Of a DNA stretch of 64,000 nucleotides, positions 28,091 through 41,727 are shown in pieces. The stretch is from Tubulanus polymorphus. Lineage: Eukaryota > Animalia > Nemertea. Made by a program: the position numbers and the translations under genes. The first letter of the stretch is position 1; the number at the start of each line of letters is the position of its first letter. Location: assembly GCF_964204645.1 (NCBI RefSeq), contig NC_134029.1, positions 8,458,850-8,522,849 of the forward strand, read 5' to 3'. The notes under the pieces were generated by a model. It had not been told where the DNA came from. It did no database searches and saw only the letters and a list, made by a program, of their open reading frames with translations.

Positions 28091-28751
28091 TTAATGAATT
28101 TCATCGTTTGAAATTTGCATTGCACGTCTCTTCATTCAATCCGTAACGGTTGTCTTTATGAATGCGTTAATCTACAATAGGCCTAGCTCTTAATATAGGG
28201 ATATCTTGACGAAGCGACATACAGGTACATTCAAAGACCGGGGTATTGTCAAGCGACGTTGGAAATATTTTTTCAAAAGGCACGCCGGATAATATTCTCA
28301 AGACATCGAGTCCGAACTTCAAGCATTACCTTTATAATTGATACTGTCATTATGCTCAAGGTGTCGATAAGGGATACTGTTTATATGAGACCGAAATTAT
28401 CGAATATCAATCGCGCTAGAAGCTCATTGGGGGCAAAAACCTCACAAGGACATTACCCCGATGCCTCTAAGGACGTTCAGTCTCGTTACTGGATACTAGG
28501 TGCGCTTTGATTATCATCTTACAACTGGAGATTGATCTCGTTTTTTGAACATCGCGAACGCGCGGCGCCAGATAACATCAACGGCACGCCTTGTGTCGAA
28601 TTGAGAAAAACATTTCATCGAGAAACGCGATTCATGATCAAGCGACGAAATGATCATTGATCAATGAAAGTCATATCGACAGCGACGGGCAATAACATCA
28701 AACGGACATATCGCGAATTATGTATCTCAACGATATGATGGCGGCATGAAT

Positions 28752-29005
28752 CAGCGTGGCTACTTATATTTGACTTGCTTTTTTCCTGACTTTTCCCCGA
28801 CATGCACGTTGTTTTCCCTGACTCGTGCTGCTAAGAATCTAATCAATTAACACAGTCAATCAAATATGTAAGACATAAACGGAAACTGTTCGATTTAGCA
28901 ATCTCAACAAATCCCTGACTTTATTTCCAAATTTCCTGACGATTCCCAGACTTTTTTTAAAGAAAAGAAAATTCCCCGACTTTTCCCCGATTTCCAAGAA
29001 AGTGG
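28752..29005 (+). mobile_element. hAT-like MITE, family D (second copy)
   Basis: Body matches 22540. The right TIR is truncated and TGAAT occurs on both sides. Confidence 0.7.
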
Positions 29006-29788
29006 TGAATGGATTCATTGCAGAACTGTGGCAGCAGCTTCTTCGAGTCATTCAACCGTCGGCCAGACAATGACCACACGCAGAGCAGAACGAGTCTCTG
29101 ACACCAACGAGCGCGACACCGTCTCGAGCGCCCAGCGACGAGGTGAAGATAGTCGATTTGATTGACAGGCCGATGTTATTGATTTAAATCAAGCGTGGCC
29201 GAAAGCAAATGACTGGTAAAAGGCCGAGGGAATGTTTGCGTCGGCTGTACGGATCGGCGCGGTGTCGTTTTGCGGGATGATAAGAAAATGACTTCATAGG
29301 CCATCCGTATTATCCCTCGGTACATCGAGAGAGCCCGCGACGACTAATCCGATCATTTTTTTTCTCGAGATGACATTTCGCGACGTTCTGATTATCGTAA
29401 TGGCGGACGGGCCACTCGAACCCGAGCGGCTGATCTCGCGTCGATTGCGACCGAAAAAAGAAGAAGAAATTAAACGTATATACGGGTCTAAATAAACGAA
29501 ACAGGTTTCTTTGGACCGTAACGAAATTATCGTCGCCGAATGGTGCAATCAGCCCCGGTGACCCGGATTCAGCCCGGTTACAATTTCACCGGCGAAATTG
29601 CCACTGCTTCAATGTTGTCTGTGAAGTGCCTCTCCTTATCGGCAGGGAAACTTTCGGACAAGTTTTTGCACTATATGAATGAAAAGATGCCATGGCAAGA
29701 ATGCATAGTCGCATGCGAGGTACCAGTGAATTCAGAGAATGACTAATAGCCAATGTGGTATTACAACCTCAGAACAATCATCACTTAA

Positions 29789-30062
29789 CCCTTCAAGTGC
29801 TGACTAATTAATACCTATAAGTACTGGAGATAATTCAACATTTGAAAAAATAATTCTGCCCCAGTGTGTCGAATAACAGGCATACTGCTATAATGCGTTT
29901 ATACTTCAGCGCAGTGTAGCATTAGTTAGTGACATCTACCTGTGTTCGACAGGTGCTGCCATCTTTCATTAGAGATAAAAACTTATTACACCATCATGCG
30001 GTGTACTAGCAAAGTCCATCACCGATTTATACACCACACTGCGATATAGATGCACTGAAAGG
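29789..30062 (+). mobile_element. piggyBac-type MITE, family A
   Basis: TTAA-CCCTTCAAGTGCTGAC start, core GACAGGTGCTGCCATCTTT, end GCACTGAAAGG. Confidence 0.85.
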
Positions 30063-30263
30063 TCTAGAAAAAAATTATTTTTTAATATTGGTTGGATCTA
30101 GCAATCTGGATATGGGATGAAGATGGAGGTTCATACCAGCTGCTAGGGAACTACTGAGGATCTACCAAATATCTTTAACCCATAAGCTAAGGTTAATGTA
30201 ACTCATAATCTATGACATTAGTTAGTGAGTTAATCCTTCTATAATTGTGAAAGTTCGAGTAAC

Positions 30264-30304
30264 CATGGATGTATAAACTAGATACTCTAGTTTATACGTA
30301 CATA
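30264..30304. mobile_element. 41-bp hairpin element with 7-bp TSD
   Basis: CATGGATGTATAAACTAGA-tac-TCTAGTTTATACGTACATA, flanked by GAGTAAC on both sides. Confidence 0.7.
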
Positions 30305-31744
30305 GAGTAACTAAGGTAGTGCGCCCATAATGGGGCTACTGCTCAACCAAAACTCAGTCCACAGATCCAGCCGACATCATTAGGCTGAAGCGTTCGCACT
30401 AAACTACGTTTCATCGAATTCAACGTCGCGATCAATAATTCAAGAACGGAGAAAAACATGCGTAAAACGCCGGCAAAAACAACGATCCTTAACCGGTGAT
30501 ACAGTTGTGTAAAGCACCCTCAATCACCGACTTACAGCCGCAGCGTAACTCGGCACAAAAAATAAACCCCTCTTCGTCGAGACTGGAGAGACCTTAAACC
30601 GCCCGTTGATTGGTAATCGAGAGAATTGTTAAACAGCATTAGAGCCGGCAACACTCTTATCACCGGTAAAAACTGTAAACAGCACAAATTGCAAGGCCGA
30701 GTGTTTGGAGAGCCCAGATGAACCGGCTTTAATGAGGACAAACTACAAGGCCACTACTACAGCTAGTAGGCCAACATTAGGCAAATACAAATGCCGCGAT
30801 AGCATGAGCATTTTTGGCCCCAACAACATTTTCGAAAAATTTCAGTTATTCAAAGTGACCCATCATAGAATGGACTGAAACGATTTCTCTTTTCATCATA
30901 TCGTACGTAGGTTTTCACTTCATTGGTATCAGCAAGTCACTCGTCTTTGGAAACCAACTGATTCAGCTTGTTTGTAAAGGCATAATCTAGGTTATGGACT
31001 ACGGTCTGCTGTTACAGTTGCCCCGGGTGGCTGTGGCAAGAGTGATGACACGATGACAGACTGGCGCCAAATTCCGTTTGCTTAATCCTATGACACGTCA
31101 TTGGCCAGTCAATTGCTCCGTCCCAAAAAGCGCCACTCAATCGGCAACAACCTTCGGATTAGACGCTACAAATGATATATCGCGCGATCGATGAATTCAA
31201 GCAGCGGCTTTCGCGAGCGATTTTTCAAACTACGCAAATATCAAACCCCTGAGGACATGATTATAGCAAAACGAATGGCCTCGGATTCGACCATTTCTCG
31301 ATCCCTTACGTCGTTTACGTACAGCGCACGCGATGAGTCAGCGATTTTTTGCGCCGGCATCGGAATGTAATTATAGAAGTTGTTGCCATCTGATGTGATT
31401 AACGCGAGTCTCCGAATCCCGAATGAGCCTTCTTCGTTGTCGAAGAGTACAAAAAAAAATAGCGTTGCGTAAGCATTCAGAGGTTTCACGCAATGACTCA
31501 GGTCACTAACTGTCGCCTACGCCGGGACAAACGAACGGTCTCCGCATGTGAAATGGCTGAAACATGATCGCTTATAATTAGCCCCGGGGTCATTTTGTGA
31601 ATAGACGTGTTTCTTTTCTTAGATGAATAATCGGTTTCGTATACGACAGTTCGTCAAGGCTCTGCGGTGCTGGGCTATGCACGCAGAAGACTCGAAGAAA
31701 TAAATTCATTTTTTACAAAAGTTCTCGAAAAGATTGTTAACTAA

Positions 31745-32693
31745 TAGAATATGGGCGAGTGGTTGGAGCTTTCGACTCTCGGAAGCCTGGTAGTGGGTTT
31801 GAATCCCGTACATTACTGTAGTGTCCTCGGGCAGGCGAGACACTTATCCTCATTGTATCCCTCCACCCAGGGGAAAATGGATACCTGGCCTGATAGATGA
31901 CTCCTGAGCACCTAGTAGCTGCTTGGATGTTAAGGCAGGCTTATGTCGACAAGCAACATGACGCCTACTGACTCCTACCGACGCAACTGAGAGCAACCGC
32001 GATCACAGCCCAGCTTAGAAGCTATTTCTTTAAAATCTTTATCTTTTTGATTCTGTTTTGAATACAATGTGCTAGCGACATCATATAAAGATGGCCGCTC
32101 ACACCATAATTCTACCAATTTCGTTTCTCAAGTTTCTAGATCTTCGGTCCAGTCCTCTGCCATGCTGAAGGTTTGGTTTACGTTTTGAACTACTTGAATT
32201 TGAAAGTTTATGACTAATTACGAATGATGCTAACTAGCGGTCATAATTTGTACTATGTATATTTGGTCTCTAATTGGCTGGAACCCCTGCGCTCAGTTCC
32301 GTCGTGTCGCAGATGAACTTATGTCGGTTGTGATCGAAAGCAACTGTCCGCCTACGATAGGCCGCAGTAGAACATGGGCAACTAGCCAGATACGGCTTGC
32401 GACGAGTCGGTAGGCGTCGGGTTGCCGTCGCAAGCCGGCTTATGTCGAACCGATAGAGCAGCAACTCGTGGCCTCTCGTAGGTCGCCAGTTGCCGCTAAT
32501 CAGCGATAAACCCAGTTGAGTCAGTAGGCGTCGCGTTGCTTGTCGACATAAGCCTGCCTTTACTTCTCCCCAGGGAGAGATGACTGATACATGGAATAGT
32601 TAGGGGAAATAAAACCAAATTGGAGTGCATCTGAACTATCTCCTGTTAGGATACATGCGCTATATAAATGACAATTATCATTATCATTATTAT
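31745..32693 (+). mobile_element. tRNA-derived SINE, interrupted by a MITE
   Basis: A-box-like TGGGCGAGTGG (31752) and B-box-like GGTTTGAATCCC (31796). Central motifs GTGTCCTCGGGCA..ACACTT and CCACCCAGG..AAATGGATACCTG are typical of invertebrate SINE cores. The 3' end GCGCTATATAAAT plus (ATT/ATC)n is an L2-type tail. Confidence 0.8.
31933..32559. mobile_element. PIF/Harbinger-like non-autonomous DNA transposon
   Basis: ~42-bp TIR (AGGCAGGCTTATGTCGACAAGCAAC... / ...GTTGCTTGTCGACATAAGCCTGCCT) with TTA duplicated on both sides (31930-32, 32560-62). Confidence 0.88.
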
Positions 32694-34499
32694 ATTTTTG
32701 CCTGCCAGCTCAAACTCATTTAGTACAAAGTCACTTAAGTCATCATCAGATAAGTCACATTATTACCTATTTCTTTTTTCAGTCCTAATTGGTAGAATCC
32801 ACATAGCTGTGACACTCATTTCTATGAGGACTTATCCACATGATGACTTATACCAATAAATGAGTTAAATGAATTGGAAAATACACAAATTTGGACTTAA
32901 AAAATAGAGACTTATTCAATGCGATGACTTATCTGATTATGATTTAATGTAGTTTTACTGTTTTTCTGAACAAGTTCACTACATGGAAGTTATCATTCCG
33001 ATAAATCATCAATGCGCTAGTTATTTCAACCGCACAAGATAAGTCTCAGTTCCTTAATCGCTGATCAACTTTTATCGAGCGACAAAAACCAAAAATATTA
33101 AGAAAGACTCGACCGTCTTATGATTATTCCTTCAATATGATTCTTATATCAGTTTTAAGGTAATGGCCCCGCAACGCGATAGCTGCAAGGACTTCCTGAC
33201 TCGTCTAGTTATTACCAACAAGATACACATATCAATTTTCTATTTGGTCTTGATGAAAATGAAAAAAAGATTAAATCAATAAGGAACCGAGGCCTGAAGT
33301 CTTTTTTCACGCCACGATTTCTAACGCAACTTCCATATCGAGTTCGATTCGAAGTTCATTGATTTTTCATATTTGTGTTTAACTTCAAACGATGGTAGTT
33401 TTTAATTCGGGATTATATCAAGGCTCACGGCTTTTTGACGTGCGAGCTGATGAATTCTCGAGTAACCGAATTCCCCCGGCGCGAGGTAGGGCATCGCACC
33501 TTCGCCGTTCGGTCTCTTGCGACGACGACGGCGCCGCCGCCGCGCGCGATACGAATCGACCTGACAAGAATCCGACACATCTCGAAATCATCGATCCGTG
33601 AAAATTAAGAAAATGACATCCCGCGACATCTCGCAGCGTCCAATTTCAGATAGGATCGTCGCGAGCGACGGAGCAACGACGAACGCCGTAAAAGACGACG
33701 ACGTTTTTCTGACTTTCGTTATAAATATTTGACGTCTATATAAACCGCGTTCGTGTTGTCTTGATCTGAAATTAATTCAAACGAACCACGACGACGCGAT
33801 CGAACTGCATCGGTAATGATCGTCGTTGTCGGCTAAAAATGGCATTTACGAAAATCGATGGATGCACGATGAAACATTCGAAAAACATTCAATTCTGTTT
33901 TCGTCTAATGGCTATAATCAAATTAAAGCCCGACGTACTCGAGTCGTAATTCGGTCATGACAAACGCGCACTCGCGAAACGAGATTAATCGCGGTGACTA
34001 CTTTTCACCATATTCACAAATCCCCAATTTTTTTCCTGCGATTATACAGTACACAAATTCATTAATTTCACTTTGATCTGCGTACTGATAAAGAAACACG
34101 TGGTCAATAGCATTATCCGATTCCCCCTCCCCCGAGTTTTCCCTGAATTTTCTGATTCCTGGCTGGCAAAAAGGCAACTACTCGAAACCTCAAATGACCC
34201 AAATGCAGCACTAGATGTCCTTTCAGAGACTGTGCGCAATCAATTGTTTAATGCAAGAAAAACCTCGAAACAAGAAACAGATTGTGTTTGAACGAAATAA
34301 AAACGCCAGCGGGACCAACCTACTAGCGATGAGAAAAGAAGTACTAATCGTATCACACGGCAGTGATTTTCATCGGTTGTTCATGTGATTTGTATGGTTT
34401 CACTGATCGGCTATTGCATATTCGTGTTTCTTATTCTACAACGCACAGCATTTGAAACATTGTTGTTTTTTATGCAAACCTGACATTTCTGTTTTTGGG

Positions 34500-35115
34500 G
34501 AAACATTTAACGAACTTTCAGGATTTCGAACCCGTTCCTGAGTTATGAGGTCATCTTCAAGGTCATGTTGCTGAAAAACATTTGAGCCTAGTACGGGAGT
34601 GCTAGGTAGTGCACTAAGCCCATTCTTTGCACTGCACAACTAGCAGAGATGTAAGTGCCAAAAACCCAAATAATGAATTGCCCATGAGCAAAGTGCTTTA
34701 CCTTGAATACTGGAGCTCGTTTGGCAAGGGCATTGGATTTAACTGCAAAAATATTGACCTCAACTTATACGCTGAGCGAAACAATAGTTCGTTAACAAAA
34801 GTAGACCAAAAAAAAACCTGATAATGGTGAAACGCCAAAGAATCAAAGCCCGATGGCAACTCGTACTGGAACGAGAGTGCCTCATTCAATTGCATCGATT
34901 GGAAACCTCGCATATATGATGCGAGTTAAAAAACCGGAAATCCATTTAAAAACGGAAAATTCATATCTCTGAACTAGACTCCCACACTACCACTGTACCC
35001 AAGTTTCATCAGGATCGAGACCCACTTTAAACAAAGCTAAGCAGATGAAAGACGAACACACACACACGGACATTATGAGAATAAGGGTCTCACAAAAGCT
35101 GGAGAACCGATAAAC
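34500..35115 (+). mobile_element. Helentron/DINE-1-like repeat, split copy
   Basis: The 5' part ends in CACAACTAG (~34643). The sequence resumes at AACTAGAC..CAAGTTTCATCAG (~34972) and ends ATAAGGGTCTC..AACCGATAAA. Confidence 0.55.
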
Positions 35116-35940
35116 CTTTTAAGGTAAGACCAGCGTTTAATGCACTATAGTAGCCGCTGAATTTTTCCACATCGCCACGTTTCGGATTCTTTATACGCCA
35201 CTAACGGGACAGGTGAGGCCCTATTGATCGGGGCTGAATTAGCAAAAAGCTCTCGACATGAGAAACTTGTCATCGCCGGCTCTTGAGTGATAGCCATTTA
35301 CGCTCATCACCGTAACGTGATCAGCGGCGCTAGACAAACGGTCACTCGTCGCAGCAGGCGCACTCGTCGTCGTAAATAGATTGTCAGTGATTGTCCGGTG
35401 TCTCCAAATGATGTATGATATTCGGGTATGAATTTGATTACCATTCGGTCGCTCATCATAGGGGAACGGAGGGAAGCTCGCGCGCCGGAGGCAAATTGGA
35501 TCCGCTTCGTCGTTGGCACAACTCCTAATGCAAAGACGCATACATATTACCAGGGCTTACAGGGGCAATAAAATGATCTTGTAACAACTGTGGATATTGG
35601 ATATATATATATATATATATCTTGAGATATTTTCTTAGTTTAGGAGGACATTTTATCGTGATCCAATTCTCAATTGAACTACAGTAGTTTACATGATATT
35701 TTTGCGGGGTCAAATTCGTATTCGTTTTCAATCAAATGTTGATTCGTAGATGATTAAACGTTGCTGGCGATTGCTGCTGGTTTAGTTTCCGCAATCGTGT
35801 CTGATAATCTGTTATACCCGAAATCACCCCGTCGAATGAAAAGAAAGATATTTTTCACGATCGATTTGAAGCCGTTATCTACTATAATCGCAATGCTAGA
35901 CAGTACCTAACCCCTAGACCGTATCTCCATTTTAGTAGAT

Positions 35941-36097
35941 GGGATCATTCATTTATAACGTACGCATAAAATTTGAATTTTTCAACCCCCCTTCCCCTCT
36001 GTACGCAAAATCGGCCATTTCTTCATATACATAAGCATTACAGTACACAACTGCACTGACCCCTCCACAAATGCGTACGTAATAAATGAATGACTCC
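35941..36097. mobile_element. MITE, 26-bp TIR, 3-bp TSD
   Basis: GGGATCATTCATTTATAACGTACGCA / TGCGTACGTAATAAATGAATGACTCC, with GAT duplicated on both sides. Confidence 0.8.
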
Positions 36098-37089
36098 GAT
36101 GGTCATTAAACCAGCCCAAACAGGAATCGATGTTGGTAGTGTTTCATTGAGCTACTACTTTATTTCCAGCATACTCCAATGCGTACAGTAATAGCGAAAT
36201 CGGCAAGTTGTTGATGTACCATACTGAAAAACCGGTCATTTTTTATTAGGAACTAGACTATTGCCGCATAGAGCACTTTTCCATTAGCATATTTTTAAGC
36301 CGGCACTCTCTATGCACTCCATTGAGTTACATGCCACATCGCGCCATACCGTAGTAGGATGTTACTGTGTAGCGGACCGGTTTTTTGTTGCATCGCCACC
36401 TTCTTGAGATAAACGCGAATTTCGGAGGTTTTTTCGCCAACGATGGTGTAAGTTTTCGCGTCGACAACTGCACTGGCAAGTGACTACGCGTAATTGAATT
36501 TACCATTCTGCAATGCGTGGACATAAACTCAATAATAAGCAACTACGAAATACTATCCTCCTTTGCAACGCCGATAGTTTTTGGTGCCGGTCTGGAGCGA
36601 AGTTCAGAAAGGACTTGTGACAAAAAATCTTTATCTCGGATGATTCTCAATTCAGCTGATCAAAGCGAAGCCGATGACCTTCACTCAAAATGGATACGCA
36701 GAATGTTTAGTGGGTAGAAGTTAAGGAATGACTTATGAATTTCATTAAACCTAACTCAGGTCGCCCATACGATCTGGCGATGAATTGTAGGGTCACAAGG
36801 CTTTAGTCGTGGTAAGACGATACCAATGAAACTTGGATGAAAGTTGTTACGGGCCCAATGACTTGTACCTCGAATTTAACTCACAATGATGAACTAATGG
36901 GGAAACACGTAAACCTACAGTGGCGCTCATATTATTCCATTTCTGGCATACAAGGAAGGTTTTTGTAGTAACGCAGTCTTTCGTGTTGAATTTCTCAATG
37001 AAAATCGAATCAACTTTTCTCTTAACACTTTCAAAGCTGGCTAATTGATACCTTGATAATTTTTCCACCCAAGTACATTGAATATGGCA

Positions 37090-37260
37090 TGATGCAGTGC
37101 TTATTATTCACTGATATTTACCCATGTTTGACAGGTGCTGCCATCTTTCATTAGAGATGGAAACTAATGATCAATTTCATGAATACAACGCTGTGCGGCG
37201 TACCAGCTGAGTCCATCACCAATCTACACACCGCACAGCAGTGTAGACACATTGAAAGGA
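37090..37260 (+). mobile_element. family A MITE, 3' part
   Basis: Core GACAGGTGCTGCCATCTTT and right end ATTGAAAGGA-TTAA. Confidence 0.75.
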
Positions 37261-38359
37261 TTAAGTAAATACACAACACCAATAAGAAAATTAATCTTCA
37301 TCACCAAAATATATGCCCACTACAATGCCCTCTGTGGGTTCGATACCCCTTTCATAACACTTACGGTATCTTGATACCAGGGGTTTAAAGTAAAATCACT
37401 AAAAATGTATATTTCTGGCTCAGTACGGTGGGTGAAAGGGCTAGACAACTGATGATCGGTTTCAAGTCACTTCCGCTGAAATTCTTTCGTGAATAAAACA
37501 GTGTGCGTATAGCTGATGCGATGTTTTTGTCGGAGGAGGGTTAGCGAATAACGTCGCGTCAATTGTCAAAGAAATTGAGAGGAGTGTCGCAGTCACACAC
37601 CGAGCCACCGGAATTTCTCATCAATCATCCGTCTCAAATTTGGACGTATATCATTTTACTGCGAAAGTCTTTTTCCGTTGATGCAAAATATATCATAGTG
37701 GCATAGAATACGAGCAATATCTGAACAGTTGTAGAACAACGTCGGGTCATATGATAGGAGGTGAAATTTGCTTAATATCACATCGTAATAAATAGAAAGT
37801 TCAGGATTTTTTGGAAAATATAAATTGTAGTTCTCAAATATGTAAATTTTCAATTAATATGCAATTTATCAAAAAAATGTTTGTATCCAGGCTAGAAAAT
37901 AATAACTTGTTTGTCCTAATCGGCAAGGTGATTTCATAAATCGGGTCTGTTATGGTTAGCTCGATCATTTGAATAAAAGTTGCGTATAGGGTAGATAGGC
38001 GGCTGGTCGGGTCAAGCTCAGCGGAAATGAGAAACAAGGCATACATTTTTTATTAGGCTTATACTTGTGTAAATAAATTTGAGAAAATAGATTCATTCAA
38101 CTCATTCATTCTTGGAAAAACGCGGGCTGTGTGGTCTCCTATTCATTTAGTGTATCCTTTAGGAACCCACCAAACTGGGGACGAAACAAGGAGCTCAAGA
38201 GTTTGAAATCAGAGTCGAAATGCATAAAAGACAAAAAGTCAAATCCATGAATTTTTTTGTCTTAATAGAAATATATGAATATATAATTGGAAATTCCGGT
38301 TCATGTCAGGATGATTTAATTTTTTATCAGTTATTATCATTTATTTTTCCATTTGGAAT

Positions 38360-40550
38360 TATAATAATGGAGAATATAATAACGGAGAATAATAATCGTA
38401 CAAAGTAATACAAATACAAAAATTCAAGATGGAGGGAAACATGAAGAAACCTGTTAAGGTTTATATGATATTCATGCCACCCTCGAACACCCAATCACAC
38501 TCTCTTTCACACTACATTCACACTGAAAATATTTAAGTGCCAGATGGCAGAGACTGGCAAGGTTATCGAAACATTAATTGAGAAGATACTGTTTGAGAGC
38601 ACGTTTAAAAACTGGAGGGGATACTGATCCAATGATCTTCAGTGAGTAAGGTAAGTTATTCCAAGTTAAAGGGGCTGATACTTTTAATGAAAATTTCTTT
38701 CGATTGGTTCTAAATTGTTCTACTTTGAATGCATGACGGTTTCGAGTATGATGATGGTGAAAGTCGGAATTTAATGAAAAATAATCTGAAAACGAGTTAG
38801 GCAGTAGTGAATTCTTATATTTAAATATGAAAAAGCACAATTGAAATTTCGTCATTGCTCGAAAAGTAAGGATACCTAAGTTTTTGAAGATGGGGGCTGT
38901 ATGGTCAAAGAAGGTAACCTTCGATATTACCCTGATCGCACGCTTTTGAAGTAGGATTATTGGCCTGATTCTCGATTCGTAGTTATTGCCCCAGATAAAA
39001 TTGCAGTATTGGAGATACGGGTAAACAAAACTATAGTATAAGGTTTTCATCACTAAAACTGGTAATCGTCTTTTAACTCTATTCAAAACACCAATACTAC
39101 GAGAGATCTTTTTACAGACAAATGATATGTGGTCAGACCACGTCAGTTTACTATCAATATATAAACCAAGAAATTTTGTGGAATGAACTTGCTTTATTGG
39201 GACATTTCCAATTTTTATGGCACTAGGGGTACCCTTGAAATTTCCGAAAATCATAAAATAACATTTTTCAAGGTTAAGAGACAATTTATTAACTTGAAAC
39301 CACATTCAAAGTTTGATGAGTTCATTGTTTATCAGTTGGAATATCTTCTTATGATCTTTTGAATAAGCGAAGCATGTTGTGTCATCTGCAAAAAGGGTGA
39401 AGTCAAGAATTTTTGAAGCATTGACACAATCATTTATGAATAATAGATATAAAAGAGGACCGAGAATAGAACCTTGGGGAACTCCGATAGTTATACCCCT
39501 TCTTGACGAGTTAATACCATTAAAACAAACAATTTGACCACGATCAGACAGGTAACTTTCGAACCATTTGAGAGGTAAACCCCGAATACCATAGTGATCT
39601 AATTTACCGAGCAGAATTGTGTGGTTGACCGTGTCGAATGCCTTCTTTAGGTCTAAAAAATGCCTATGGCTGAATATTTTTTATCAAGGTATGATGTTAG
39701 GGTGTCTGTTACTTTGGCAAGAGCAAGTGCTGTGGAATGATTTGATCGAAAACCGAATTGATTTGAAGAAATAACGTTATGTTTATTGAGAAAGGAGGAT
39801 AATCTGTTAAAGACCAGCTTTTCTAAAATCTTTGAAAATACCGGAAGAATAGAGATTGGACGATAATTATTGAAATTTTCAGAATCTCCTGATTTAAATA
39901 ACGGGTAAACTTTGGCTTGTTTCATGTCAAACGGAACAATACCATTATAGAAGCTACAATTAAATATATGCGATAAAGGAGCATTTATTAGATCTATTGT
40001 GTCTTTAAGTAAAGATGTACTAATACCATCCAACCCTGCACTTTTTTTCGGATACAAATTTCTAACTATAGATTCAATTTCACAAGGATTAGTAGGAAAC
40101 ATAAAGAAATTTACGTTAGTACGATTTTTCAGATTATATGTGTAGTTGTGACCAGGGAAATCAGGTATAGTCTCAGAAATTTGTGAGCCTATTTTAGAAA
40201 AGAAATCGTTAAACCCACACGCTATGCGATAGTCGCCTTTGAATTCCTGGTTATTTTGTTTGAGAACACTAGGTAAAATAGGAGAAGATGATTTACAAAG
40301 TATCTGGTTAATAAGTTTCCATTTAAGTTTCATATCAGTACCTATATCGGTAAACTTTTGAGAATAATAATCAGATTCAGCTTTTCTTAAGATTTTAGTA
40401 AGAATGTTTTTATAAGAATTGTAACTATTCTTGACATCCACGGATGTAGAACGAATTGATTTCTTATAAAGTCGGTTTTTGTGCTTAATGGAGTTAAATA
40501 TCGCTGGAGTAATCCACGGCTTCTCAAGGCGTTGTCTATCATTTAGTTGG
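38360..40550 (-). mobile_element. 5'-truncated non-LTR retrotransposon (LINE), CR1/L2 group (L2/Crack-like)
   Basis: The minus strand reads [74 protein letters not shown] and TWNNLP. A 3' UTR hairpin AAACCT-gtta-AGGTTT lies at 38447-38462, followed by an AT-rich tail. The endonuclease domain and ORF1 are absent. Ends are approximate. Confidence 0.95.
38574..40548 (-). pseudogene. LINE ORF2 reverse transcriptase, disrupted
   Basis: ORFs 39653..40441 and 38574..39305 are joined by an unlisted open frame (~39309-39655) carrying PQG and FADD. There is a 1-nt frameshift at ~39655 (GIF/LDL, in a homopolymer) and an in-frame TGA at 39306-39308. Confidence 0.93.
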
Positions 40551-40593
40551 GTCGGGAGACTTAAATCTCAAGACTTTCTTGACTATATGTTAA

Positions 40594-40839
40594 CCTTTAA
40601 ATGCTGGATATAATATGAATATGATTTTGAAAAATTCCAACTTGGTGCGTTGCCTAAAGGGCATACTGCTATAGCACGTCTACACTGGTGTAACGTAAGT
40701 TACAAATATTTCAACATGTTAGACAGGTGCTGCCATCTTTCAGTAGAGACAACGACTAATAACACTGATACACCATGATGCAGTGTACTAGCGAAGTTCA
40801 TCAGCTATTTTTAGTGCAGTGTAGACGCCGCGCTGAAAG
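40594..40839 (+). mobile_element. family A MITE, diverged
   Basis: TTAA-CCTTT start, conserved core at ~40722, end GCTGAAAG. Confidence 0.75.
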
Positions 40840-41727
40840 TCAACTGAGTTCACTCAGTACAGAGCAACACGGTCCAGGTAAAGAATTGCTATAGATCAAC
40901 GCGTTATATGAGTTGAAATTATACCCTAAATGCCTAAACGAGTTCATTTTCGTTCATAAGCCGCTCACATTTGACTTACAACTCACAACTCGCGCTACGT
41001 GCTACGGAGCAGTAAGCGTTTCTGATTCATTCATTTCGTGCTGTTGCTCCGACTGAAAACCCCACGTGGACACTTAAGACCGCCGGTTTACGATGACGAA
41101 TTTGTAAAATCGATACGCTCGTGAATAGTTCGTCTCATTTAGAACGCTCGTCGTCGTCGAACATGAATGAGATCCGGATGAGTGATAGCCTCATCCTTCA
41201 TCGCGCGCCCGACAACTTAAAACCAACATCGCCATAAAAACCCAAATTACTGGTACACATCTCTCCTTATAGACGACTCGCAGACGGTATCGGAGAATAT
41301 CCGACTCGTACTCGCTCGTTCCTCGATGACGAACACGTTTCTTAGGAAAAATAGGAAATACTCAAAATTCATTTGAAGCCTAGTTTCATGTATAATGAAA
41401 CAAATACAATGAGGGCAGTTCAGGAACCTGTAGCAATTTCAGGGTGCTAAAATTTGGCTCGGACCTGGTGCGACGTTTTTGGTCGAGCGAAATGTGGTCC
41501 CGGCCGAACAGATAAGGTCTCATTTGGCTCCCGTGTGAGCAGTCGTTCAGTTGTTCCGGGTCGCGAAACATGATGCAATCCTGACAACTATACCCGCCAT
41601 TACGAGTTCCTTGTCACTGGTTGTAAGTGTGTTGAAACAATGACCAACACCCAAACCTTTGTTCGCATTACTTCTCTAGACAGAGCGAACTTCGGTTATC
41701 GGAGTTAGTTGACCATGGTTGAACTAA

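Noticed and set aside
31745-31810. tRNA gene
   Set aside because: No acceptor stem or cloverleaf; it is the decayed head of the SINE.
37335-37352. tRNA or SINE at the B-box-like GGTTCGATACCC
   Set aside because: No A box at suitable spacing, no cloverleaf and no SINE body.
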